Shown: in pieces, positions 48,365 to 56,720 of the stretch | Layout: each line of letters starts with the position of its first letter | Numbering within the stretch: position 1 is the first letter of the stretch | Assembly: GCA_037439545.1 (NCBI GenBank) | Contig: JBBIVV010000001.1 | Span: forward strand, 32,001-96,000 | DNA: 64,000 nucleotides | DNA from: a bacterium | GTDB taxonomy: Bacteria > JAMCPX01 | Reading direction: 5' to 3' | Translations under genes and position numbers: made by a program | Notes under the pieces: model-generated | Database searches by the model: none | Told to the model about the DNA's origin: nothing | What the model saw: only the letters and a program-made list of their open reading frames with translations

Positions 48365-48931
48365 CTATTCTCCCTGGTAGGTAAAAGTAAACCTGAGTTC
48401 TGTGATAGAATCTCCGTAGCATTGACACTTTGATATTCCAGATTTTACATCCTTGAATTTACACATAAACATAAATTGCTCAAGCCATCCCTGCACATTT
48501 TTGACATGGGCTATATGTATCTCAGAGAATTCTATTATCGTTATCGTTACTTCATTTTTTGAAATGATGTTCGCTTCTACCTGTCCTGTGTCAAAATAGC
48601 TGTTCCAGACGCTCATCGCCCTCGTCAGTAACACCTTCGGATTGACAAAGCTTAAAAAGACTTTGTACATCGATGACAGGTCATGCTGTGCTGAAAGCCT
48701 TCCCTGTTCAATACAATAAGATAAATCTCCCTTCCCTACGACCTTGTCCAGCGTTTTCAGCAGGTCTGTATAAAGCTTGTAAGGATACCATTCCGTCAGC
48801 ATGATGTGCTCGTCCATGTATTTCTTTGTCTCCGGCGGCAGGGAGGATATGATCTTCGGCAGAGTGTCTTTCATGTTCTTTTTTATAAACTTTATTAAGC
48901 CGAGAATAGCAACGCCCTTTACCTGTGCCAT
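48365..48931 (-). CDS. Hypothetical protein, DUF2378/V4R-like
   Basis: VKG start motif, WYP, GRLSA, W..YFDTG, GWLE, C-x-C end; AAGGAG SD. Confidence 0.6.
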   Translation of the reverse strand: MAQVKGVAILGLIKFIKKNMKDTLPKIISSLPPETKKYMDEHIMLTEWYPYKLYTDLLKTLDKVVGKGDLSYCIEQGRLSAQHDLSSMYKVFLSFVNPKVLLTRAMSVWNSYFDTGQVEANIISKNEVTITIIEFSEIHIAHVKNVQGWLEQFMFMCKFKDVKSGISKCQCYGDSITELRFTFTYQGE

Positions 48932-49035
48932 GTTTTTCTCCTTTACCTGGTGTACCATTGTTACTTTATAAGTTTGTCATAAGTCAACAATTGCAAAAGT
49001 TCTTTTGCTATGCCATAGTGTAGTAGGGAGGAATT

Positions 49036-51060
49036 ATGAAAAAGTATATACTATTAAATCTGGTAATGTTTTTGTTTGCCTATGCGGGCTGTACAAGCAG
49101 TTCGTCGTCACCAGCATCGGGCCCTAAAGTATTTTTCAAACCTGCTGCAACAGCTTCAGGTGTCGTTTACCGGTCGATTCCATTTCCCAACGATCTTTAT
49201 CTTTCAGGCAATGTATACAGCTCAGCGGGCTTCAATGCGATAGCTCCAAGCACTGATCCGAACCTTTCATCGAGGACAGCACTGAACAACATGCTGATTC
49301 CCATGATGAACACGATAGACGGCTTTGGCACATCAGGCGCCGTGCTGTTCAGCCTGTCCGGCACCGTCGACCAGTTGACCCTGCCGCAAACAGTTCAGGC
49401 CTCGTTACAACCGACTGCGAGCGCATTCATCATCGATATAGATCAAAATTCGCCGGATTATGGAAAGCTCGCCCCTGCGGTGTTTCTTTTTACTGCAACG
49501 ACTTACAATGGCACCGATTACCTTTATACGCTCGGGATCAAGCCTGCGTACGGCTATCCTCTGGCCCAAGGAACCAGGTATGCTGTTGTCATAACCACAA
49601 AGGTTAAAGGCAGCAATGGCGCAGGTCTTTCACCGGATGCGGGCTTCAATACGATAAAAACGTCTGCTGTCCTATCGGACCCTTTGCTCGAAAAGGCGAG
49701 GCAGTTGTACGCACCGCTATTTTCAATACTCTCGAAACCGCCCTATGATCTCGGCTATTCAAATATAGCCGGTGCAACGGTGTTCACGACAGAGCAAATA
49801 ACGCCTGTCATACAGCATATTATATCTTGGCTCACGACGACGACCTTGCCGATTCCAAACTTCACCTCAACGACTGAGCAGTCCACGGTTATCTCCAAGC
49901 CTACATTCTCATACATCACCGGAGAATTCGCATCGCCGAACTTTCTGACTGATCCCGTATCAGGCACGATACAGGTCGATGCGGCGGGCAATCCCATATT
50001 GCAGGGCTGGTCGACGTTGTATTTTTCTGTCACTGTGCCGGCAGCGGCACCGCCTGCAGGCGGCTATCCGGTTGCGATTGTCCAGCATGGCCTGGGCAGT
50101 GACCGGGCACAGATAATCCTGTCCGTTGCAGACCGGTTCGCACAGCATGGCATAGCATGCATCAGTATCAATGCAGTCGATCACGGTGACAGGGCTCCGG
50201 GTGGCGACGCAACCAAAGCTACTATTGATTTTCTGAATTTTGTCGCACCATTTTCTATCCGCGATCATTTTATTCAGACTGTTACGGACATAATCCAGCT
50301 CTCGAGGCTTGCACAGAGTCCCACGCTTACAACCTTGCTTACAACATATATGGGCAGGCCGGTCATGTTCAATACGACGAACGATACGAATCCCACTTCA
50401 TACATAGGACAGTCGCTCGGCGGCATCATAGGAAGCTTTTATATAAGTGTTGCTCCCTACACGAAGAATGCAGTGATCAATGTCGGTGGAGGGGAGCTTT
50501 CATCATTACTTATGAACTCGCCGGTCATCTACACGGAGTTTATGCCTATCATTTCGAGTATACTTGCGATACCATCGTGGATTGTCCCTTCACTTGCTAC
50601 CGATGAAGTGGTGATGTTCCAGTCTTTGATCGATCCCGGGGATTCGATGAATTACGGACGTTTCGCACTGAAACAGCCGCTTTCAGCACTTGGATTTACG
50701 AAACAGATACTGTTCCAGATGGCTGACCTTGACCAGCTTGTTCCTCATCTATCGACAGAAGGAGAGGCAACTGCTATGGGCGTTACCGGCGTATCGAGAG
50801 GAGACACCGACCCGCTCATCGTCCTCCCTTTTTTCACCTTTACGACATATACTCCGCCGGTGAATATGAACGGTATATATCAGTACTATGGCACGCATGG
50901 TATGCTGAATACTCCTACTGATACAGTAGCGCTTGAGGAAACCTATCCGTTCGCAAAATTGGCCAATCCGCTTACCATAACCAATCCTTTAATACAGATT
51001 CAAAACCAGGCAGCGACGTTTCTCACCACGGGCGTGATTATCAATCCATGGGTTCCGTAG
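49036..51060 (+). CDS. Lipoprotein alpha/beta hydrolase (lipase Pla-1/VolA-like)
   Basis: Lipobox YAGC; PFPNDL and DGFG N-terminal domain, QHGLG oxyanion motif, GQSLGG nucleophile elbow. Confidence 0.8.
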   Translation: MKKYILLNLVMFLFAYAGCTSSSSSPASGPKVFFKPAATASGVVYRSIPFPNDLYLSGNVYSSAGFNAIAPSTDPNLSSRTALNNMLIPMMNTIDGFGTSGAVLFSLSGTVDQLTLPQTVQASLQPTASAFIIDIDQNSPDYGKLAPAVFLFTATTYNGTDYLYTLGIKPAYGYPLAQGTRYAVVITTKVKGSNGAGLSPDAGFNTIKTSAVLSDPLLEKARQLYAPLFSILSKPPYDLGYSNIAGATVFTTEQITPVIQHIISWLTTTTLPIPNFTSTTEQSTVISKPTFSYITGEFASPNFLTDPVSGTIQVDAAGNPILQGWSTLYFSVTVPAAAPPAGGYPVAIVQHGLGSDRAQIILSVADRFAQHGIACISINAVDHGDRAPGGDATKATIDFLNFVAPFSIRDHFIQTVTDIIQLSRLAQSPTLTTLLTTYMGRPVMFNTTNDTNPTSYIGQSLGGIIGSFYISVAPYTKNAVINVGGGELSSLLMNSPVIYTEFMPIISSILAIPSWIVPSLATDEVVMFQSLIDPGDSMNYGRFALKQPLSALGFTKQILFQMADLDQLVPHLSTEGEATAMGVTGVSRGDTDPLIVLPFFTFTTYTPPVNMNGIYQYYGTHGMLNTPTDTVALEETYPFAKLANPLTITNPLIQIQNQAATFLTTGVIINPWVP

Positions 51061-51071
51061 AGATAAATCGA

Positions 51072-51154
51072 AAAATCTCCCCTTGCCCCTCTTTTTCAAA
51101 GAGGGGGATGGTTTTTTCTCCTCCCTTTGGAAAAGGGAGGCAGGGAGGGATTTT
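51072..51154. repeat. Nested inverted-repeat (REP/MITE-like) intergenic element
   Basis: Imperfect ~34-bp terminal inverted repeats, each containing its own hairpin (CCCTCTTT-TTC-AAAGAGGG; CTCCCTTT-GGA-AAAGGGAG). Confidence 0.7.
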
Positions 51155-51161
51155 ATTTATA

Positions 51162-51195
51162 TGATCCGCCTCATACACATAGTTGACATCTTTCA
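51162..51195 (+). promoter_or_regulatory. Tandem Crp/Fnr-type TGA-N6-TCA sites
   Basis: TGA-TCCGCC-TCA and TGA-CATCTT-TCA, 22 bp apart, upstream of the ywiC-like gene. Confidence 0.4.
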
Positions 51196-51199
51196 TTAA

Positions 51200-51964
51200 A
51201 TGATAGGTATGAAGATGAAGGACATACCCTTTCCCAAAGAATACGGCTCATGGGGCATACTGCTGACATCCTGTGTTATCGGCATATTTATTCAGGGACA
51301 GGTAACAGGGCGGACCTTTGTCTCGCTTGCAGGTATTGCGCTCCTTTTCATGACAAAAGCCCCCATAGGTATCTTTGTGAGGAGAAGGAAGATAACTTTT
51401 TTCCTATTTACGCTCGTGTATGGGGTTGCCGGCATACTTTTGCTTTTGCCAGTGGTCCTCGACTTCAGCATGAGAGACACTTTTTTTTTATTAACTATTC
51501 CCCTGATGACCGTCGGCGTATATGTTGTGTCGGCGTATTTGCACAAAGAGCGGGCATCAGTGGTTGAGCTGTTCGCAATGACAACACTCACATTGCCCGT
51601 ACTGTTCTTTTATCTTCAGGGTTCAGGCAGACCTGGTATTGGTATCGTTCTTTTATGGGTTTCAACTTTTTTATATTTTTCTGCAAGTATATTTCGCGTG
51701 AAGATGCTGCTCTATAAAAAAACAGCTTACAGGATTGCGAATATCCTGTACCTTACGTTCGTATTCATAGTTGTTTCAATCATGATCTACCTGCAATTCA
51801 TCCCGCTGCTTTCTGCTGCTGCATTCACGCCATTACTCGAAAACATTACAGACACCTTCAGACATGCGCGCAGGCACAATCTTAAGCTCGTCGGCATAAC
51901 GGAGCTTGTAAAAGGAACTGCTTTTGCGGTCATTATTATAATGGCCGAGAGACACATGATGTAA
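51200..51964 (+). CDS. YwiC-like membrane protein
   Basis: PKEYGSWG N-terminal motif, about 8 TM helices, LKLVGITE end. Confidence 0.82.
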   Translation: MIGMKMKDIPFPKEYGSWGILLTSCVIGIFIQGQVTGRTFVSLAGIALLFMTKAPIGIFVRRRKITFFLFTLVYGVAGILLLLPVVLDFSMRDTFFLLTIPLMTVGVYVVSAYLHKERASVVELFAMTTLTLPVLFFYLQGSGRPGIGIVLLWVSTFLYFSASIFRVKMLLYKKTAYRIANILYLTFVFIVVSIMIYLQFIPLLSAAAFTPLLENITDTFRHARRHNLKLVGITELVKGTAFAVIIIMAERHMM

Positions 51965-52247
51965 TGTTATCCAAAAAATATTTTTTCATCTTGACAAATT
52001 AATATTCATAATGTAAAAAGAAGATAATGAAAGTAATTAATCTCAAAATTAGAGGAGATAATTATAATTACTGAAGCAAATAATTATAATGTGATATTTT
52101 CAGAAAGTATGGAAAACATCTTTTTGGATAACCGCTCGTCTTTACCCGATCAGTTTCTTTTTAAATCCTGTTTGAATCAAACCGCATTTCTTAACCGGTC
52201 TATGATAACGCTATCAATTCATTTCAACATAAAGGAGGTGAACAATA

Positions 52248-52298
52248 ATGGCAACAAAGAAGAAAGCCAAAAAAGCAGCAAAGAAAAAGAAGAAGTAA
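52248..52298 (+). CDS. 16-aa lysine-rich micropeptide MATKKKAKKAAKKKKK
   Basis: Perfect AAGGAGGTGA SD just upstream, dedicated terminator downstream, own intergenic promoter region. Confidence 0.75.
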   Translation: MATKKKAKKAAKKKKK

Positions 52299-52329
52299 GC
52301 TGAACTCATTGGAATTTACCACCTGCTTA

Positions 52330-52367
52330 GGGCTGAACCTGCTTTGACAGGTTCAGCCCCTTTTTTT
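52330..52367 (+). terminator. Rho-independent terminator
   Basis: 12-bp perfect stem GGGCTGAACCTG/CAGGTTCAGCCC, 6-nt loop, T7 tail. Confidence 0.9.
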
Positions 52368-52644
52368 CATGAAAAGATGATCCATCTGAAATAAGTATAG
52401 TAAGAATAAGAATCAACTGTCAATAAATTTATAAATAGTCGTAAAAATTATATTAATTAGCAACTTGTATGTAGTGTGAATATGTAATATAGCTATATCT
52501 TATAACTAATAGAAATATAAGGTAATAATACGACTACACTGTAAATAATGTATATCAGGGTAAAATGTAATATTTTTGTGATTTTACAACTAATTGTAGT
52601 TGTTTATAATTCCTATTCTACATATTGGTGTTAAATGTATTGGC

Positions 52645-53430
52645 TCAAAAGTGCATAACCAGGCTCAGTCCCATGCTTAAATTGTTTAAAGGAGCAAGAT
52701 ATTTATTGCTATTATTGTAAAGATTGATGTGCCTGTACTTGAGTTCAGTCGCTATAGATGATGTGCTGCTTAAATATGTTTCTAAACCTATGATTCCCTG
52801 TCCCCCGATTCCAAATCCGTGAGATTCGATCTGATAAGCAGTAGTATTTTGTTTAATCTGTAATCCTGCAAGATAAACGGGTCCTACACCGGCATATAAA
52901 CTGAAACTGTTCATGGGAATGAAAATCAATATGTTAACGGACAGCGGGAATCCGGAATAAGATGTATTTGTGGTGGTCCCCGAAAAATTTCCCGAGAGTA
53001 TACCGTAGAGATAGTCTGCTTCACAGGACAACATCAAATCTTCCGTTAAGCCGTATCTTCCGGCTATACCGAGATAGCCTATCGAGCCCGACTGGCTGTT
53101 AGTATCGTTTGACAGGCTCGGGTTGTCGATACTGTAGAAAGAATAGGCAAGAGAAGCTGCCGCTGACCATGTATTTTTGATGGATCTGCCGCCCGTGTTC
53201 GGAGAAACGTAAAAGGATTCAGGCATTGCAATGGATGCAGGTGACGTGACAGCCGCTGCCGTTATGCCGTTATTCATATTCTCCGTTTCAGCTCCGTAGA
53301 CCTGTGCAATTGAAAATACCGGCACGAGTAGAAACACCGATAGAGCTATTATAAGCCTTTGATACTTCTTTCCTTGTGCTTCACGAACCTCTCCTTTGAC
53401 CGCGTCTCTGTTCATAATTTTATTCATCAA
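52645..53430 (-). CDS. Hypothetical outer-membrane beta-barrel protein
   Basis: Signal-like segment, LYAGVGP and GGQGIIGLE strands, C-terminal Phe. Confidence 0.65.
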   Translation of the reverse strand: MMNKIMNRDAVKGEVREAQGKKYQRLIIALSVFLLVPVFSIAQVYGAETENMNNGITAAAVTSPASIAMPESFYVSPNTGGRSIKNTWSAAASLAYSFYSIDNPSLSNDTNSQSGSIGYLGIAGRYGLTEDLMLSCEADYLYGILSGNFSGTTTNTSYSGFPLSVNILIFIPMNSFSLYAGVGPVYLAGLQIKQNTTAYQIESHGFGIGGQGIIGLETYLSSTSSIATELKYRHINLYNNSNKYLAPLNNLSMGLSLVMHF

Positions 53431-53463
53431 AATTATTCTCCTTTAAAACATATTGATCCTTAA

Positions 53464-55248
53464 TCAATCCTTCTCATACAGGGCATCGAGCCGTGCTTTA
53501 AAATGTTCTATGACTATGTTTTTCTTTATCTTCATCGTTGGAGTGAGCTCGCCTGATTGCAGAGTAAACTCATGGTCCGACAGTATGAATTTTTTTATCG
53601 TTTCGAATGATGCAAGCTTATCATTAAACCTGTCAATTTTCTGCTTTATGAATTCATAGACCCGTGTGCTCTGCGTCAGATCGGCATAATCATTGAAAGG
53701 CACGTTGTTCTGCCTTGCCCATTCAAATATTTCCTGCTCATTGAGCACGAGAACTGCCGTCAGATACTTCTTGTTGTCTCCGAATGCAACACACTGCGCA
53801 ATATACGGATCTGTCGTAAACAGGTTTTCGATGTTCTGAGGTGTTATATTTTTGCCTCCTGCAGTTATGATGAGGTCTTTCTTTCTGCCTGTGATCCTGA
53901 CAAAACCATCTTTATCGATGTCACCGAGATCGCCCGAATGGAGCCAGCCCTGCTCATCGATCATTGCAGGTGTCCCTTCAGGTTTTTTATAATAACCTTT
54001 GAAAACAGCGGGACCTTTCATAAGAATCTCGCCGTCATCCGCTATCTTTACCTGCATGCTTGGGAGAGGTTGCCCGACATAGCCTATCTTGAACTTTCCC
54101 TCATAACTGACGATTGCCGGAGCAAATGTCTCTGTCATGCCATAGCCTTCGTATATGGGGATACCGAGTGCATTGAAGAATTCAATTATGGTGGGCGACA
54201 GAGGGGCTGCGGCAGTAATCCCTATCCTCAATCTCCCGCCTAATTTCTTTTTCAGCTTATTGAAGACAAGAGCATTTGCTACGATGTAATTCATTTTTAA
54301 CCGGCATGGCAGTGGCTTTTTTGCAAGCCTGTAGGGCAGGGATGCCTTTCCGGTATCCAATGCCCAGTTAAACAGGACCTTCTTGATCTTCGGTCCATTC
54401 TGAATCTCGTTGATAATGCGTGCGTAGATCTTTTCATACACCCTTGGCACGCCCGGGAGTATGGTCGGTCTTACCTCTAAAATATTTTTTGCGACTGTAT
54501 CGAGGCTTTCTGCGTAAGCATATATCATGCGTACATATATGGCTCCGAACTGGTTTATTCTTTCGTATGCATGTGCAAGCGGCAGATAGCCGAGCGTTAT
54601 GTCACCGGGCATATTGAATGTCAGAGTCAGAAGATCTTTCAGGTTTGCAATAATATTTTCATGAATAATCTCGGCGCCCTTTGGCGGTCCTGTCGTTCCC
54701 GATGTGTATATAATGGTTGCGGTATCATTCATCGTTATCCTGTTCATGCGGGTTTTTATCTCGTCAGGATTGAGGTTGTCTTCTCCAAGTTTCTCAAGCT
54801 GTCGTAAGGTAATGACCTTGTCGTTTTTTACGGATACGTCTTCGAAAACTATGATTTTACCGATCTTCGGCAGATCCCCGATAACATTCAGTACCCTGTT
54901 TAGTGCAGCGTCATTCTCGACAAAAACAGCCCTTGAATCGGAATTATCAAGAATAAATCTGACATCATGATCAAGCAAGGACGGATATATCGTTGCAGTA
55001 ATCCCTCGTAAAGACAGAATAGCCATATCTGCCAGTGTCCACTCGACCCTTGTCGATCCCATTATGGCAATCTTGTCCGTTTCATTGATGCCAAGCTTGA
55101 TAAGGCCTGAAGCAATCTTCTCGACCCTGGTCCAGAACCATTGAGCCGATCTGGTCACATATATATCCTTTTCTTTGAACATCAATGCAGGGTCGTCAGG
55201 CATATCTTTTGCCCTCTTGTAGAGACTATGAACTATATTTTCTTCCAT
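53464..55248 (-). CDS. fadD: Long-chain fatty acid--CoA ligase
   Basis: IYTSGTTGPPKG, EGYGMTE, LHSGDLG, GRKKDLIITAGGKN, LTPTMK. Confidence 0.93.
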   Translation of the reverse strand: MEENIVHSLYKRAKDMPDDPALMFKEKDIYVTRSAQWFWTRVEKIASGLIKLGINETDKIAIMGSTRVEWTLADMAILSLRGITATIYPSLLDHDVRFILDNSDSRAVFVENDAALNRVLNVIGDLPKIGKIIVFEDVSVKNDKVITLRQLEKLGEDNLNPDEIKTRMNRITMNDTATIIYTSGTTGPPKGAEIIHENIIANLKDLLTLTFNMPGDITLGYLPLAHAYERINQFGAIYVRMIYAYAESLDTVAKNILEVRPTILPGVPRVYEKIYARIINEIQNGPKIKKVLFNWALDTGKASLPYRLAKKPLPCRLKMNYIVANALVFNKLKKKLGGRLRIGITAAAPLSPTIIEFFNALGIPIYEGYGMTETFAPAIVSYEGKFKIGYVGQPLPSMQVKIADDGEILMKGPAVFKGYYKKPEGTPAMIDEQGWLHSGDLGDIDKDGFVRITGRKKDLIITAGGKNITPQNIENLFTTDPYIAQCVAFGDNKKYLTAVLVLNEQEIFEWARQNNVPFNDYADLTQSTRVYEFIKQKIDRFNDKLASFETIKKFILSDHEFTLQSGELTPTMKIKKNIVIEHFKARLDALYEKD

Positions 55249-55308
55249 ACCACCTCCGCTTCTTCTTAAAGCCCATTAACACATTTACAAAGTATTGTGA
55301 AGTAGCAA

Positions 55309-55336
55309 TTGACATAATCAATGATTCTGATAAAAT
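55309..55336 (+). promoter_or_regulatory. sigma70 promoter with palindromic spacer, directly before the fur ATG
   Basis: TTGACA-16nt-TAAAAT; AATCA-A-TGATT in the spacer; ATG 7 nt after the -10. Confidence 0.5.
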
Positions 55337-55343
55337 AAAAATT

Positions 55344-55799
55344 ATGGATGACAGGGCGATTTTGAGAAAAAAGATTATTTCAACACTCAGAGAGAATGGA
55401 TTGCGAAACAGCTCTAAAAGGAACGCGGTTATCGGTGCTTTTGTCAAAAGCAGAAAACATCTTAATGCGGATGAACTATACTTCATTGTAAAAAAGATAA
55501 AGACAGGCATTGGTTTTGTTACCGTCTACAGGACACTGAAACTCCTCGTCCAATACGGCTTTGCGAGGGAAGTAGATTTCAAGGACGGATTCACAAGGTA
55601 TGAGATAAAGGACGAGCTTTCAAACCAGCACGACCATCTTATTTGTATTACCTGCGGTAATATAACGGAATTCAAGAACAATGAAATAGAGATAATGAAG
55701 CGGCGGGCACGCCTGAAAACTGGATTTAAACCGCTGTATCACAGGCTTGAGATCTTTGGTGTGTGCAGGGAATGCCAGGAAAAAGGGAAAAGAACTTAA
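55344..55799 (+). CDS. fur: Fur family transcriptional repressor
   Basis: HLNADEL, TVYRTLKLL, QHDHLICITCG, GVCREC. Confidence 0.9.
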   Translation: MDDRAILRKKIISTLRENGLRNSSKRNAVIGAFVKSRKHLNADELYFIVKKIKTGIGFVTVYRTLKLLVQYGFAREVDFKDGFTRYEIKDELSNQHDHLICITCGNITEFKNNEIEIMKRRARLKTGFKPLYHRLEIFGVCRECQEKGKRT

Positions 55800-55844
55800 G
55801 GATCCGGACAGCTGAGACTTTAAGGAATAAAAGGATGTAGAACG

Positions 55845-56126
55845 ATGAAATTGAACAATGATGAGATTCAGGGCTTAAGCGAGTTCCTCGCCAAATTGCT
55901 TGTAGAAAAAAATCATGTCATAAAAAATGTCAAAGTGGATGATATCCGCTCCGCTATCTATAGTATCATTTCCGTGGATATGAGCAGAGAGGATAAGCTG
56001 AACGAGGAAGTCAAGGACATTATGGAACGATACGACGCAGAGCTGAAGAGTGGAAAGCTGGACTACAATAAACTGTTCAATATGATAAAACTGCAGCTTA
56101 TTAAAGAGAGGAAACTCATTGTATGA
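55845..56126 (+). CDS. DUF507 family protein
   Basis: MKL...EDKLNEEV...LFNMIKLQLIKER pattern. Confidence 0.75.
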   Translation: MKLNNDEIQGLSEFLAKLLVEKNHVIKNVKVDDIRSAIYSIISVDMSREDKLNEEVKDIMERYDAELKSGKLDYNKLFNMIKLQLIKERKLIV

Positions 56127-56410
56127 GCCGTCTGAGCGAAGAGCGGATTAGTTATATAGCTCACAACATAATCAGTAACCTTATAAAAAACAATTTTATA
56201 GATCCGACCAGAAGGGGAGAAGTCCTTACAGTCCTGAAGAAAGGTTTTGCGGATTTTGAGGCCTTCAATGATCGCATTGACGAAGACGCCAGGGCGAGAA
56301 TAGCGTCCTTATCAAAGAAGGTGCCGGAGGGTAGTGATGAGTGGAAGATACTCTACGCAAAGTATAGAGCAGAGATTTTGAAGAAGCAAAAGGTTCCGAC
56401 GATAAAATAA
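56123..56410 (+). CDS. DUF507 family protein
   Basis: RLSEERISYIAH...VPEGSDEWKILY. Confidence 0.78.
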   Translation: MSRLSEERISYIAHNIISNLIKNNFIDPTRRGEVLTVLKKGFADFEAFNDRIDEDARARIASLSKKVPEGSDEWKILYAKYRAEILKKQKVPTIK

Positions 56411-56420
56411 GGAGGGTAAG

Positions 56421-56651
56421 ATGAAAGAGCTTTTAGAAAAGATTGCAAAAGCGATGGTGGATAATCCGGAAGAGGTTAAGGTAAATGAGATTGAAGGCGA
56501 ACATACGGTTGTTTTGGAGCTGAGTGTTGCGAAAACCGATGTCGGTAAGATTGTGGGCAAGGAAGGGAATCATGCAAAAGCGATACGGACTATACTGCTC
56601 GCTGCAAGCGGGAAAAAAGGGAAGAGGTATAGTCTTGAGATTATCGGATAA
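56421..56651 (+). CDS. khpA: KH-domain RNA-binding protein KhpA
   Basis: MKELL...VDNPEEV...DVGKIVGKEG..AKAIRT. Confidence 0.92.
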   Translation: MKELLEKIAKAMVDNPEEVKVNEIEGEHTVVLELSVAKTDVGKIVGKEGNHAKAIRTILLAASGKKGKRYSLEIIG

Positions 56652-56720
56652 TTCTTGGTATGCTTAAGCTTTTTCAAAAGCCTTAGCCGTTTCGATTTAT
56701 TGTAAGTGCGGGTTCTATAC

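Noticed and set aside
52091..52303. 70-aa ORF overlapping the micropeptide in another frame
   Set aside because: No SD at its GTG; the perfect SD points to ATG 52248.
55185..55343. N-terminal extension of fur
   Set aside because: Overlaps the fadD start and the promoter; Fur homology begins at 55344.
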